DNA of 64,000 nucleotides, taken from assembly GCA_022572885.1 (NCBI GenBank), contig JACZVC010000016.1, forward strand, positions 2,646 to 66,645, given 5' to 3'. Origin of the DNA: Pseudomonadota bacterium (GTDB lineage Bacteria > Pseudomonadota > Gammaproteobacteria > Steroidobacterales > MnTg04). The first letter of the stretch is position 1, and each line of letters starts with the position of its first letter. Below are positions 36,375 to 46,989 of this stretch, in pieces. The translations under genes and the position numbers were made by a program. The notes beneath the pieces were generated by a model. The model saw nothing but the letters and a program-made list of their open reading frames with translations. It ran no database searches and was not told the origin of the DNA.

Positions 36375-37131
36375 GGTCGCCGCTCACCTGTGCCGATGTT
36401 TTCCCGAAACGCCGTTCCCGCCCATGAAAACTGCCGACCACTGCTGCCAGTTCCTTTGGCTCAAAATCAGGCCACAGCGATTCACTGAAATGCAGCTCCG
36501 TATATGCCAGGTTCCAAAGCAGGAAATTGCTGATGCGGGAATCGCCGCCGGTTCGAATAAAAAGATCCGGATCGCCAAGACCGGCCAGCTGTATCTGTGC
36601 CGCCAGGCGGTTTTCGTCTATATCCTCGGCCGACAGTTCGCCATCGGCAACCTGCCGCGCCAGGTATTTGCATGCGTTGACAATATCCCAACGACCCCCG
36701 TATGCGACCGCGACGACCAGGTTTAACCGGTCGTTGTCTGCGGTCATCGCTTCCGATTCCTCTATCTGCCGAACCAGATCGGCGGGCAACTGCTCCCGGT
36801 CGCCGATTATTTTCAGCCTGACCCCTTGCTCATTCAACTCCGGAACCTGTTGGTTCAGGGCCTCGATAAACAAGGCCATCAATTGTTGTACTTCATCCCT
36901 GGGCCTGCCCCAGTTTTCACTGCTAAAGGCGAATAGGGTCAGGGTGCGGATCCCCAGCGCACCGCAGGCCTCGACGGTGCGCCGCGCTGCCTTGACACCG
37001 GCCCGGTGACCCGCGTGCCGGGGCAACATCCGTTGCTTCGCCCAGCGACCGTTGCCATCCATGACGATCGCAACGTGGTGGGCGGCCATGGTGTCCTGAT
37101 GCTGGCTGGTTTTGTCTGCCTGGTCCGCCAT
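36367..37131 (-). CDS. uppS: Ditrans,polycis-undecaprenyl-diphosphate synthase
   Basis: HVAIVMDGNGRWA, FAFSSENWGRP and DLFIRTGGDSRISNFLLWNLAYTEL are present. Confidence 0.96.
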   Translation of the reverse strand: MADQADKTSQHQDTMAAHHVAIVMDGNGRWAKQRMLPRHAGHRAGVKAARRTVEACGALGIRTLTLFAFSSENWGRPRDEVQQLMALFIEALNQQVPELNEQGVRLKIIGDREQLPADLVRQIEESEAMTADNDRLNLVVAVAYGGRWDIVNACKYLARQVADGELSAEDIDENRLAAQIQLAGLGDPDLFIRTGGDSRISNFLLWNLAYTELHFSESLWPDFEPKELAAVVGSFHGRERRFGKTSAQVSGDHA

Positions 37132-37193
37132 GGTGACTCATCGGATACGGTTTATTGCTCCGGCACAAGTACCGAACCGTCGTGCCGAAGTCC

Positions 37194-37751
37194 TTATACC
37201 TCCAGCAATTCAGCTTCTTTTTTCGCGAGGATCTTGTCGATCCTGCCAACATGATCGTCGGTCATCTTCTGCACCTCGTCGTGCGCCCGATGATCATCGT
37301 CTTCGGTGATCATTTTTTCCTTGAGGAGCTCCTTGACGTCATGCAAGGCATCGCGGCGAATATTGCGTACCGCCACCCGCGCGTTCTCCGCCTCGTGACG
37401 CACCACACGAGTCATGTCCTTGCGTCTTTCCTCCGTCAGCGCCGGTAACGGGACTCGAATCACGGTGCCGGCAGTGGTCGGGTTCAAACCCAGATCCGCA
37501 GTCATAATGGCTTTTTCGACGGCCTGGATCATGGATTTCTCCCACGGGTTTACGGCCAGGGTGCGCGCATCCTCGACCGTGATGCTGGCAACCTGGGTGA
37601 GTGGAACCTCCGATCCGTAATACTCGACCGTAATGTGTTCCAACAGGCTGGTGTGCGCGCGTCCGGTCCGGAGTTTTTTCAGTTCCTGGACAAACGCTTC
37701 AACACTCTTGCCCATCCGAGTCGATGCGTTTTTTTCGATATCCTTAATCAC
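37194..37751 (-). CDS. frr: Ribosome recycling factor
   Basis: (V)[31 protein letters not shown] matches the Frr N-terminus. I place the start at GTG 37751, an 8-nt overlap with the pyrH end. The track ORF extends to 37781. Confidence 0.93.
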   Translation of the reverse strand: MIKDIEKNASTRMGKSVEAFVQELKKLRTGRAHTSLLEHITVEYYGSEVPLTQVASITVEDARTLAVNPWEKSMIQAVEKAIMTADLGLNPTTAGTVIRVPLPALTEERRKDMTRVVRHEAENARVAVRNIRRDALHDVKELLKEKMITEDDDHRAHDEVQKMTDDHVGRIDKILAKKEAELLEV

Positions 37752-38499
37752 TGACTGCCTCCTGCATCTGCTCCAGGCCATTATCTACCAAGGTCCCCAG
37801 CGTCTCCCCGCGCATGATGCGCAGTAAGCTACCCACCTTCGTCAGATTGAACACGCGCAGCGGAATATTGTTGTCGCGACACATAACGATCGCGGTCGCG
37901 TCCATGACCTGCAACTTGCAGCGAAGCACCTCATCATAGCTGATCTGCGTATAACGCCGCGCGGAAGGGTCCTTGAGCGGATCGGCAGAATAGACACCAT
38001 CCACCTTGGTCGCCTTGAGCAGCACATCCGCGCCAATTTCAATCGCGCGCAAACTGGCTGCCGTATCGGTCGTAAAAAAGGGGTTCCCGGTACCGGCGGC
38101 GAAAATCGCTACCCGGCCTTTTTCCAGGTGCCGGATGGCCCTGCGCCGAATATAGTCTTCGCAAACCGCATTGATTTGCAGGGCCGACATGACGCGGGCC
38201 TTGACCCCCTCTCTTTCCAGGGCGTCTTGCAAAGCCAGGCTGTTGATCACCGTCGCCAGCATGCCCATCTGGTCGCCGGTGACCCGGTCCATTCCGGATC
38301 TGGCGAGGCCAGCCCCCCGAAAAATATTGCCGCCACCGAGCACCACGCCGATCTGCACATCCATGTCCCTGACTTCGGCGATCTCTGCTGCAATGCGACG
38401 AATCACCTCCGGGTCCACGCCGTAATCCAGTTGACCCATCAGCGCTTCGCCGCTGAGCTTTAGCAAAATTCGCCTTTGCACCGGTTCTGAATCGCCCAT
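37744..38499 (-). CDS. pyrH: UMP kinase
   Basis: [10 protein letters not shown] and [11 protein letters not shown] are present, and the protein is 251 aa. Confidence 0.97.
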   Translation of the reverse strand: MGDSEPVQRRILLKLSGEALMGQLDYGVDPEVIRRIAAEIAEVRDMDVQIGVVLGGGNIFRGAGLARSGMDRVTGDQMGMLATVINSLALQDALEREGVKARVMSALQINAVCEDYIRRRAIRHLEKGRVAIFAAGTGNPFFTTDTAASLRAIEIGADVLLKATKVDGVYSADPLKDPSARRYTQISYDEVLRCKLQVMDATAIVMCRDNNIPLRVFNLTKVGSLLRIMRGETLGTLVDNGLEQMQEAVSD

Positions 38500-38528
38500 A
38501 AAGCCCCTTTATTTTCCAGGTTCTGCGG

Positions 38529-38557
38529 ATACAAAGAACCCCGCGCTCGCGGGGTTC
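38529..38557 (-). terminator. Rho-independent terminator downstream of tsf
   Basis: The minus strand reads GAACCCCGC-GAGC-GCGGGGUUC, a 9-bp stem with a 4-nt loop, followed by UUUGUAU. It lies between the tsf stop (38705) and the pyrH start (38499). Confidence 0.7.
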
Positions 38558-38704
38558 CCGATATTACCCGATTTTGCGGCTTTGCCTGCATATTTTAGCC
38601 AGGATGGCGGATTCCTGGTGAGGGGGCGGGCGGCCAAGGCCTCAAAATACCTGATCCTTCAGTTCCCGACATCCCGGCGTCTACCGCCTTGGGTATATTG
38701 CAGG

Positions 38705-39580
38705 CTATGCCCCCTTCACCTGGGCCATTACCTCGTCTGCAAAATTCTCCTCGGCCCTGTCGATGCCCTCGCCCACCTCGAAACGAACAAAACGGGCAAC
38801 CGTGGCATTGTTCTGCTTCAGCAGTTTGCCGACGGTCAGATCGGGGTCCTTGACGAAGGACTGTCCGGTCAGCGTAATCTCAGCCAGGAATTTGCGCATC
38901 CGGCCATCGACCATTTTCTCCACGATCTCCTCTGGCTTGCCCTCGGTCCGTGCCTGTGCGGCGAGGATTTCCCTTTCCTTCGCCAGTTTCTCTGCCGGTA
39001 CGTCGGCGTCCGACACGCACTGCGGGTTGAGCGCCGCAACATGCATCGCGATATCCCGAGCGAGATCCACGTCCCCACCCTCGGCGCTGACGACCACACC
39101 AATCCGGATGCCATGCAGATACGACGCCATCACGCCAGCGCTTTCGACCAGCTCGAACCGCCTGACCTGGACATTCTCACCGATCCTGGCGACCAGGCTG
39201 CGGCGCGCCTCCTCGATGCTTTGGCTGCCGACCGACAGCGTCATCAGCGCATCCATGCTGTCCGGCTTGCCAACCAGCACGGCATCGGCGACCGCATCGA
39301 CAAAGCCGCGAAAGTCATCGCCACCAGAAACAAAATCGGTCTCGCAATTGATTTCGAGTATTGCCGCGAACTGATTGTCCGCGGATTGACGCACGATAAC
39401 AGCGCCCTCGGCGGCCACCCGGCCCGCCTTCTTGTCCGCCTTGGCCAGACCGCTTTTGCGCATGGCATCGACCGCGGCTTCCATATCGCCACCGGTTGCG
39501 ACCAGCGCTTTCTTACACTCCATCATGGCAGCGCCTGTGCGCTCGCGTAATTCCTTCACCTGTGTCGCAGTGATGCTCAT
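38705..39580 (-). CDS. tsf: Translation elongation factor Ts
   Basis: MSITATQVKELRERTGAAMMECKKAL is the UBA-like N-terminus. The start is ATG 39580. Confidence 0.97.
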   Translation of the reverse strand: MSITATQVKELRERTGAAMMECKKALVATGGDMEAAVDAMRKSGLAKADKKAGRVAAEGAVIVRQSADNQFAAILEINCETDFVSGGDDFRGFVDAVADAVLVGKPDSMDALMTLSVGSQSIEEARRSLVARIGENVQVRRFELVESAGVMASYLHGIRIGVVVSAEGGDVDLARDIAMHVAALNPQCVSDADVPAEKLAKEREILAAQARTEGKPEEIVEKMVDGRMRKFLAEITLTGQSFVKDPDLTVGKLLKQNNATVARFVRFEVGEGIDRAEENFADEVMAQVKGA

Positions 39581-39691
39581 TAAATCTTTCCTCAATATGA
39601 AAAAGCGCGGGCCGCGCAAACGCCAGCCCGCCTTGCAGATCGTGCCTTACCACGCTAACTCCTGGCGCGGACTTTTCATGAATGCTCCGCG

Positions 39692-41020
39692 CTAGCTGTC
39701 TTTCGCTTTCTTGGCTGCAACAGCTTTCTTGGTCGCGGTTTTCTTGCTCGTGGCCTTTTTCGCCGCCGCCTTCTTGGCAGGCGCTTTCTTCGCTGCAGCT
39801 TTCTTGGCCACCGCTTTTTTTGTTGTGGCTTTCTTGGCCGCTGCTTTTTTTGCCACCGGCTTTTGGGCGGGCGCCTTGGCATCCGCTTTTTTGACGGCCG
39901 GTTTATTGTCGGCCGCCTTGGCATCCGCTTTTTTGACGGCCGGTTTATTGACGGCCACCTTGGCATCCGCTTTTATAACGGTCGGCTCTTCCGCCACCGG
40001 CGCCGTTGCAGTATCGGTGCTGGCCTGCGCGGGCTCTGGCTTGGTTGCCACTGCTGCATCCGCGACGATCTCTACCGGTTTGGCCTTCGCTGCCGGTTCG
40101 GCTACGTCCGCGACCGGCTCCGCCGGTTCTGTCTTGGCCTCCCTGCCCAGATCGGCCTCCTTTGGATCCGCTATTTTGGCGACCGGCTTTTGCGCTTGTC
40201 CGGCCCTCCCAAGTGTCGTTACGATGACCTTTTTACCCGTTCTTTTGGGCGCAGGTTTCCCGGCTACGGCCTTTTTCCGGGGCTTGCCTTCGTCATCGAG
40301 CTCGACGAATTCGTCATCGCCGAGGTTAATTTCAGGCAACGAGGCTTTGCCGTCGAGAACCGCTTCCGCTACGCCGTTCGCATATAGCTGGATCGCACGC
40401 ATTGCGTCGTCGTTGCCAGGAATTATGTAATCGACGCCATCCGGCGAGCAATTGGTATCCACGACGGCGATTACCGGTATCCCCAGTTTGACCGCTTCCC
40501 GTATCGCAATATTTTCGTGGCCAACATCGACGATGAACAATGCGTCGGGCAGGCCCTTCATGTTTTTGATGCCCCCCAGGCTGCGGAACAGTTTGTCCAT
40601 ATCGCGCCGCAGACCAATGACCTCTTTCTTGGTCAGCGTATCAAACGCACCGCTTTCTTCCATCGCCTCCAGGTCTTCGAGCCGGCGGATCGATGCGGTG
40701 ATGGTCTTGAAATTGGTCAGCATGCCGCCCAGCCAGCGATGATTGACAAACGGCATGTCGCAGCGCGTTGCTTCCGTTTTGATCGCTTCGCGTGCAGAAC
40801 GCTTGGTGCCGACAAACATCACCGTGCCGCGATTGGCAACTATGTTCTTTACGAACGCGGCGGCTTCGCTGAACAACGGCATTGTCCGCTCGAGGTTGAT
40901 GATATGGATTTTGTTGCGCTCCCCAAAGATAAAGGGGGCCATTTTTGGGTTCCAGAACCGAGTCTGATGACCGAAATGCACGCCAGCTTCCAGCATCTGG
41001 CGCATTGATACGTTAGCCAT
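39692..41020 (-). CDS. rpsB: 30S ribosomal protein S2 with a ~210-aa Lys/Ala/Pro-rich C-terminal extension
   Basis: The first ~228 aa are canonical S2 ([36 protein letters not shown]). The same ORF continues to 442 aa as a low-complexity tail ending [52 protein letters not shown]. Confidence 0.95.
   Translation of the reverse strand: MANVSMRQMLEAGVHFGHQTRFWNPKMAPFIFGERNKIHIINLERTMPLFSEAAAFVKNIVANRGTVMFVGTKRSAREAIKTEATRCDMPFVNHRWLGGMLTNFKTITASIRRLEDLEAMEESGAFDTLTKKEVIGLRRDMDKLFRSLGGIKNMKGLPDALFIVDVGHENIAIREAVKLGIPVIAVVDTNCSPDGVDYIIPGNDDAMRAIQLYANGVAEAVLDGKASLPEINLGDDEFVELDDEGKPRKKAVAGKPAPKRTGKKVIVTTLGRAGQAQKPVAKIADPKEADLGREAKTEPAEPVADVAEPAAKAKPVEIVADAAVATKPEPAQASTDTATAPVAEEPTVIKADAKVAVNKPAVKKADAKAADNKPAVKKADAKAPAQKPVAKKAAAKKATTKKAVAKKAAAKKAPAKKAAAKKATSKKTATKKAVAAKKAKDS
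39874..39986. repeat. 42-nt in-frame tandem repeat (about 2.7 copies) inside the rpsB tail
   Basis: ccttggcatccgcttttttgacggccggtttattgtcggccg (39874-39915) repeats at 39916-39957 with 2 changes, and partially from 39958. It encodes the [14 protein letters not shown] units. Confidence 0.9.
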
Positions 41021-41110
41021 GTTGTCTCCTAAGGGTTAAGCCTCCATGTACCCCATACGACAACCCCAGAGGGCACCCAGCCGTATGTGCCGGTACATGT
41101 GTGGATTAAG
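41021..41110 (-). promoter_or_regulatory. Structured rpsB 5' leader (possible S2 autoregulatory element)
   Basis: The minus-strand leader contains a perfect 8-bp long-range stem, CAUGUACC (pairs with 41092-41099) and GGUACAUG (41045-41052). It encloses a 5-bp GGCAC/GUGCC hairpin (41072-41076 with 41087-41091), just upstream of the SD AGGAG and the ATG at 41020. The function is inferred only. Confidence 0.3.
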
Positions 41111-41414
41111 GAAGCTCCGATGCATTCATGAACTCGCATCTTGCGTCCAAAATGTCCAGCTTCCGCGTTGCAAATCTTCGCAATAGCCAGCTATTACGTG
41201 CGATTCGCGCCTTGAATCTGAACATTCTGGCTCACAACCTGCTTCGCCCATGAATGCATCAGAACTTCCATTTGCGAAAAAAGCGCGCGCTTTATACCAT
41301 AAAATGGCCTGGCGCAACAATCCCGCCGCTGGAGTATTTTCCGGCCATCAGGCAGGCACGCCTGGACCGGGCCCTGGCGCGCCGGCCACCGACTCACGGA
41401 GTATTACGCATCTT

Positions 41415-42179
41415 ATGACAGTAACCATCAAATCGCCCGCCGAGCAGGACCGGATGCGGGTGGCGGGACAGGCCGCAGCCGAGGTGCTCGATATGATAGG
41501 CGCACACGTCGTGCCCGGTATTACCACCGGCGAACTGAACCGCCTGTGTCACGAATATATCGTCAACCAGCAGCAGGCGGTCCCCGCGCCCCTGAATTAC
41601 CGGGGATTTCCGAAATCCATCTGCACCTCGGTCAACCATGTGGTTTGCCACGGTATCCCGGGCGAAAAAAAGCTGAAAAACGGCGATATCGTCAACATCG
41701 ACGTTACCGTCATCAAAGATGGCTTCCATGGCGACACCAGCCGGATGTTCATGGTGGGAAAACCCAGTGTCATGGGCCAGCGGGTAAGCCAGGTTGCGCA
41801 CGACGCCATGTATCTCGGTATCGAAATGGTTCGCCCGGGCGTGAGGCTGGGCGATATCGGCGAGGTCATCCAGCAGCATGTCGAGACTCACAACTGCTCG
41901 GTGGTGCGGGAATACTGCGGCCACGGCATCGGCCGCGAGTTTCATGAGGATCCGCAGGTCCTGCATTATGGTAAATCGGGAACCGGGCTCGAGTTGTGCG
42001 CGGGCATGACCATCACGATCGAACCGATGGTCAATGTCGGGCGCCGGCATGTCCATCTGCTGCCGGATGGCTGGACGGTCGTCACCAAGGACCACTCCCT
42101 TTCCGCCCAATGGGAACACACGGTGCTGGTCACCGACAACGGCTATGAAATCATGACCCGGGATCATACCGGCGACTGA
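41415..42179 (+). CDS. map: Methionine aminopeptidase, type I
   Basis: MTVTIKSPAEQDRMRVAG, CHGIPG, DIVNIDVT, REYCGHGIG, TIEPM and EHTVLVT are present. The start is ATG 41415. The track ORF begins upstream at 41250 with non-homologous sequence. Confidence 0.96.
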   Translation: MTVTIKSPAEQDRMRVAGQAAAEVLDMIGAHVVPGITTGELNRLCHEYIVNQQQAVPAPLNYRGFPKSICTSVNHVVCHGIPGEKKLKNGDIVNIDVTVIKDGFHGDTSRMFMVGKPSVMGQRVSQVAHDAMYLGIEMVRPGVRLGDIGEVIQQHVETHNCSVVREYCGHGIGREFHEDPQVLHYGKSGTGLELCAGMTITIEPMVNVGRRHVHLLPDGWTVVTKDHSLSAQWEHTVLVTDNGYEIMTRDHTGD

Positions 42180-42181
42180 AA

Positions 42182-44869
42182 GTGAGCCATCCGCCCGCTA
42201 CTGCCGCGCAGCCTGTGCCAGACAATGCCGCAGGGAAATGGACGTTTCTGGCGGGATTGGAAGCCCGCCTGGCGGCCACCTCCGCGCCGCAAAAAACCTT
42301 TCTTGAGTCCCTGCGCCTGGGCGACGAGGAACTCGCGCGCCGCTTCGACGACGGCGAGCAGGTGTCGAACCTGGTCCATGATCGCGCCCGGCTGGTCGAT
42401 GCGCTGGTCGTCTCGGCATGGCAACGGCACATTGGCAGTGAAGGCGAGGCGCTCGCGCTGGTCGCCGTGGGTGGCTATGGCCGGGGTGAGTTACACCCTG
42501 GATCGGATATAGACCTGCTGATCCTGTTGCCGGAGGGCGCCGGCTTCGCGGGCGATTCGCTCAAGGATTTCCTGGCGTTTTTGTGGGATATCGGCCTGGA
42601 GCCCGGCCACAGTGTCCGCACCGTAAAGCAGTGCATCGATGTGGCTGCGGACGACATCACTGTCGCCACAGCACTGATGGAATCGCGGTTATTGTCCGGC
42701 ACGATGCGCTTGTTCGAAGAAATGCGGAGCAAAACCGGGCCGGCCGGCGTCTGGCCATCGCGGGATTTCTTTGCCGCCAAACTGGCGGAGCAGGAAAAAC
42801 GGCACCACCGCTACCACGACACCGCATACAACCTGGAACCCAACATCAAGAGCGGTCCGGGTGGTCTGCGCGATATTCAGATGATCGGCTGGGTGGCAAA
42901 ACGCCATTTCAAGGTTGACGACCTGCAACAGTTGGTGCCCCTGGGTTTTCTGACCACCGGTGAGTACCGACGCCTGCGGGCTGGCCAGGCTTACCTTTGG
43001 CGGGTCCGGTTCGCTCTCCACAAGCTGACCGGCAGGCGGGAAGACCGGCTGCTGTTTGACCACCAGGTCCAGCTCGCCAAACAGTTTGGCTTTAGCGATG
43101 GCCCGCAGAACCTGGCGGTCGAGAAATTCATGCAGCGTTACTACCGAATGGTTATGCGGCTGAGCCGGCTCAACGAGATGCTGTTGCAGTTTTTCCAGGA
43201 GGCCATACTGCTGCCGCCGGATCCGCAACCGAAGATCATCAACCCACGTTTTCAATCCCGCAACGGCTTCCTGGAAGCCAGTTCAGCGGAGGTTTTTGTC
43301 CGCCAACCGTCCGCCCTGCTGGAGATATTCCAGATCCTCCAGCAACAAACGGGGCTGCGCGGAGTGAGCGCAACAACCATCCGCCTGATCCGTCGCAACC
43401 TGCGCCTGGTAGACGTTGGCTTCAGGGCCAACCCGGCGCACCGAAAGCTGTTCATGGACATCATCAGGGCGCCGGCCGGCGTGACCCACGAGCTCAGGCG
43501 CATGAACGACTACGGGATTCTCGGCCGCTATATCCCGGCTTTTGGCCGGATCGTCGGGCGCATGCAATACGACCTGTTTCATGCCTATACCGTCGATGCC
43601 CACACCTTGTTCGTGGTCAGCAATCTGCGGCGCTTTGCGCTACCCAGATTCGATCACGAGTTCCCCGACTGTAGCCGGATCATGCAAGCGCTGGAATACC
43701 CGGAGATCGTCTATCTTGCCGGCCTCTTTCATGACATTGGCAAAGGCAGGGGCGGTGACCACTCGACGCTCGGCGCCGCAGAAGCGGAAGCATTCTGTAC
43801 GGCGCACGGGATGAGTGAGTATCAGTCGCAGCTGGTCGCCTGGCTGGTGCGCCATCACCTGTTGTTGTCGGTCACATCGCAGAAAAAAGACATCTCCGAT
43901 CCGGCAGTCATTCACCAGTTCGCCCGCCAGGTAGGCGATCAGCTGCACCTGGATTTTTTGTACCTGCTGACCATTGCCGATGTACGCGGAACCAATCCCA
44001 AGCTCTGGAATTCCTGGAAGGACAGCCTGTTCAGGGAGTTCTATTTGCGCGTCAGCCAGGCCTTGCGCAGTGGTCTGGAAACCCCGCAGGACCAGGGGGA
44101 ACTGGCGGCGGGCCACCGTCAGGAAGCCCTGGCCATACTGCGCGACCTGGGCAACGTCCACTTGCCCGCGGACTCCACGCCGCTGCCATGGGACCTGCTG
44201 GACGATGAGTATTTCCTGCGCCACTCGCCGGCAGAAATCGCCTGGCACACCAGCGTCCTGCTGCTGGCCGGCGACACCGCCAGCCTGATCACCGCGGTGG
44301 GTGAAAAAGAGATGCGCGGCGGCACGCCCTTGCTGGTACGCGCCACCCGGCGGCAGGACAGTTTTGCGCTGGCCACCGCCGCACTGGATGACATGGGCCT
44401 CAATATCGTCGATGCGGTAATTTCCCCAACCGGCGACAATGGCACGCTGGATTCCTACCTGGTGCTGGATCACGACGGCCGGCCGTTAACCGATACCCAC
44501 CGCCGGCAGGAAGTGGCGAACCGGCTGCGGCGGGTGCTGGGCAGCGACCAAACCAGGCCGCGGGTATCGCGCAAGGCGCCGCGGCAGGTACGCATGTTCA
44601 GCACGCCGACCGAACTGCGTTTCTTCGCTGACAGCCGGGGCGACGGCACCATCATGGAACTAACCACCGGCGACCGACCTGGCTTATTATCCGAGGTGGC
44701 GCAGTCGTTGCAGGCAGTCGGCGCCCATATTCGGACCGCGAAAATCATGACCATCGGCGAACGCGCCGAAGATGTTTTTTATATCACCAGCGTGGGCGGC
44801 GGACCCCTCAACGAAGAAAAGCAGGAACAACTGAAAAAGCAACTTACCACCGCGCTAAACCGGCACTAG
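42182..44869 (+). CDS. glnD: Bifunctional [protein-PII] uridylyltransferase/uridylyl-removing enzyme
   Basis: 895 aa. It has a nucleotidyltransferase motif (VGGYGRGELHPGSDIDLLIL), an HD domain (LFHDIGKGRGGDHS) and two C-terminal ACT-like segments. The GTG start falls right after the map stop. Confidence 0.95.
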   Translation: MSHPPATAAQPVPDNAAGKWTFLAGLEARLAATSAPQKTFLESLRLGDEELARRFDDGEQVSNLVHDRARLVDALVVSAWQRHIGSEGEALALVAVGGYGRGELHPGSDIDLLILLPEGAGFAGDSLKDFLAFLWDIGLEPGHSVRTVKQCIDVAADDITVATALMESRLLSGTMRLFEEMRSKTGPAGVWPSRDFFAAKLAEQEKRHHRYHDTAYNLEPNIKSGPGGLRDIQMIGWVAKRHFKVDDLQQLVPLGFLTTGEYRRLRAGQAYLWRVRFALHKLTGRREDRLLFDHQVQLAKQFGFSDGPQNLAVEKFMQRYYRMVMRLSRLNEMLLQFFQEAILLPPDPQPKIINPRFQSRNGFLEASSAEVFVRQPSALLEIFQILQQQTGLRGVSATTIRLIRRNLRLVDVGFRANPAHRKLFMDIIRAPAGVTHELRRMNDYGILGRYIPAFGRIVGRMQYDLFHAYTVDAHTLFVVSNLRRFALPRFDHEFPDCSRIMQALEYPEIVYLAGLFHDIGKGRGGDHSTLGAAEAEAFCTAHGMSEYQSQLVAWLVRHHLLLSVTSQKKDISDPAVIHQFARQVGDQLHLDFLYLLTIADVRGTNPKLWNSWKDSLFREFYLRVSQALRSGLETPQDQGELAAGHRQEALAILRDLGNVHLPADSTPLPWDLLDDEYFLRHSPAEIAWHTSVLLLAGDTASLITAVGEKEMRGGTPLLVRATRRQDSFALATAALDDMGLNIVDAVISPTGDNGTLDSYLVLDHDGRPLTDTHRRQEVANRLRRVLGSDQTRPRVSRKAPRQVRMFSTPTELRFFADSRGDGTIMELTTGDRPGLLSEVAQSLQAVGAHIRTAKIMTIGERAEDVFYITSVGGGPLNEEKQEQLKKQLTTALNRH

Positions 44870-44891
44870 ACAAACAAAGGACATCGGGACC

Positions 44892-46085
44892 TTGAACCCA
44901 TACCTGGAAAAATTGCACCGCTATCCGTTTGAGCGCCTGGCGCTGCTCAAGGATGGCCTGCAACCGCCCGCCAAGCCGCACATTGCGATGTCGATCGGCG
45001 AGCCGCGGCATGAGCCGCCCGCGTTCATCGCCGAAGCGCTGGTCGGCAACCTGGACAAGCTGGGGAGTTACCCGGTCGCCCTGGGCCTGGCCGAGTTACG
45101 CGTGGCCGCCGCCGGCTGGCTGGAGAGGCGTTTCGGGCTTGGGGAAAATGCGGTCGACCCCGAGACCATGGTGTTGCCGTTGAACGGCACCCGCGAAGGG
45201 CTGTTTGCCTTCGTGCAGTCGGTAGTCGACGGCCACAGCGAATCGCTGGTCGCGATGCCGAACCCGTTCTACCAGATCTACGAAGGCGCGGCGCTGCTGG
45301 CCGGTGCGCAACCGTTCTATCTGAACACGCTGGAGGAAAACGGCTTTCTGCCCGATCTCGAAGCCGTCAGCGCCGATACCTGGCGCCGAACCGCGATCTT
45401 GTTCCTTTGCTCGCCGGGCAACCCGACCGGCGCGGTCATGGATCTGCCCTACCTGGAGCGGGCCTTGGAACTGGCGGAAAAACACGATTTCGTCATTGCC
45501 GGTGACGAGTGCTACGCCGATCTGTATTTCGATGAAGACCGCCCGCCCGCCGGGCTGTTGCAGGCCTGCCAGGCCATGGGCCACGATCGTTTCCAACGCT
45601 GCGTGGTTTTTCACAGCTTGTCGAAGCGCTCCAGCGTGCCCGGCATGAGATCGGGATTCGTGGCCGGCGATCCCGAACTGATCAAACCATTCCTCCTCTA
45701 CCGGACCTACCACGGCTGCGCGGTGCCGTTGTTCATCCAGCTCGCCAGCGTACCTGCATGGCAGGACGACCGGCACGCGGCCGAGAATCGCCACCGGTAC
45801 CAGGCCAAACTCGCAGCCGTATGGCCGATCCTCGAACCGGTCATGGATCTGCCCAGGCCGCAAGCGGCGTTCTACCTGTGGCCGCGTACCGAGCAGGATG
45901 AGGAAAGTTTTACCCGGGAGGCCTACCGGCAGCAGAATCTGACGTTGTTGCCCGGCAGTTACCTGGCCCGCGATACCGCGGAGGGCAACCCCGGCAAGCA
46001 CCGGGTGCGCATCTCGCTGGTCGCCCCGCTTGCCGATTGTGTGGATGCGGCCGAACGTTTGCACCATCTCGTGAATCAACTTTAA
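44892..46085 (+). CDS. dapC: Succinyldiaminopimelate transaminase (class I aminotransferase)
   Basis: 397 aa with the N-terminus [18 protein letters not shown] and the PLP-lysine context [14 protein letters not shown]. It sits in a glnD-dapC-dapD context. The start is TTG. Confidence 0.85.
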   Translation: MNPYLEKLHRYPFERLALLKDGLQPPAKPHIAMSIGEPRHEPPAFIAEALVGNLDKLGSYPVALGLAELRVAAAGWLERRFGLGENAVDPETMVLPLNGTREGLFAFVQSVVDGHSESLVAMPNPFYQIYEGAALLAGAQPFYLNTLEENGFLPDLEAVSADTWRRTAILFLCSPGNPTGAVMDLPYLERALELAEKHDFVIAGDECYADLYFDEDRPPAGLLQACQAMGHDRFQRCVVFHSLSKRSSVPGMRSGFVAGDPELIKPFLLYRTYHGCAVPLFIQLASVPAWQDDRHAAENRHRYQAKLAAVWPILEPVMDLPRPQAAFYLWPRTEQDEESFTREAYRQQNLTLLPGSYLARDTAEGNPGKHRVRISLVAPLADCVDAAERLHHLVNQL

Positions 46086-46102
46086 TATTAAACATTAACT
46101 TT

Positions 46103-46927
46103 ATGATAAATTTAGAGAAAATTATTAATGCCGCTTTCGATCATCGGGAATCCCTGGGTGCGGATACCCCGTCTTCCGAGCTCACGCAGGCGGTCGAATT
46201 GACCATCGACAGGCTGGATTCGGGAAAGTTGCGGGTGGCGGAGAATTTTGGCGGCGACTGGCTGGTCAACCAATGGGTCAAGAAGGCTGTCTTGTTGTCT
46301 TTTCGCCTCAACCGCAACGTCGTTTCGGATGGCGTGTTTACCCGCTACTACGACAAAGTGCCGATGAAATACGTCGACTACGACGAACAAATGTTCATCG
46401 ATGACGGCGCCCGCATCGTGCCGCACGCGCTGGTCCGCAAAGGCGCTTTTGTCTCCCCCGATGTCGTGCTGATGCCCTGCTATGTCAACATCGGCGCGTG
46501 GATCGGTCCGGGCACGATGGTCGATACCTGGGCGACGATCGGTTCCTGTGCGCAGATCGGCAGCAATGTGCATATCTCCGGCGGCGCCGGGATCGGTGGT
46601 GTACTGGAACCGCTGCAGGCCGCACCGACCATCATCGAAGACGACTGTTTTATCGGTGCGCGCTCGGAAATCGTCGAAGGGGTGATCGTCGAGAAAGGCG
46701 CGGTGATCTCGATGGGCGTGTTCATCGGCCAAAGCACGCGAATCTATGACCGTGAGCGCGACCAGGTCAGTTACGGGCGGGTTCCCGCCGGTGCCGTCGT
46801 GGTGCCGGGCAGCCTGCCGGCGAAGAACGGCAAATATCAGCTGGCCTGCGCCGTGATCGTCAAACGGGTGGACCAAAAAACCCGGGAGAAAATCGGCATC
46901 AACGAATTGTTGAGAAACGCAAGATAA
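46103..46927 (+). CDS. dapD: 2,3,4,5-tetrahydropyridine-2,6-dicarboxylate N-succinyltransferase
   Basis: 274 aa from ATG 46103 ([16 protein letters not shown]). Hexapeptide repeats are present ([41 protein letters not shown]). Confidence 0.94.
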   Translation: MINLEKIINAAFDHRESLGADTPSSELTQAVELTIDRLDSGKLRVAENFGGDWLVNQWVKKAVLLSFRLNRNVVSDGVFTRYYDKVPMKYVDYDEQMFIDDGARIVPHALVRKGAFVSPDVVLMPCYVNIGAWIGPGTMVDTWATIGSCAQIGSNVHISGGAGIGGVLEPLQAAPTIIEDDCFIGARSEIVEGVIVEKGAVISMGVFIGQSTRIYDRERDQVSYGRVPAGAVVVPGSLPAKNGKYQLACAVIVKRVDQKTREKIGINELLRNAR

Positions 46928-46989
46928 ATGAGTGAGCGGCAGGTGACGCAGCTTTTACCGGATAAAGAATTGCGCCAAAAAAACCAGCG

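Noticed and set aside
39676-40430. Alternative-frame ORFs inside the rpsB tail (39676-39966 minus, 39711-40430 plus, 39863-40387 plus), and whether the 42-nt repeats could be a CRISPR array
   Set aside because: These ORFs are by-products of the repetitive GC-rich tail sequence. The repeats are contiguous with no spacers, in frame with rpsB, and encode the [11 protein letters not shown] units, so this is not CRISPR.
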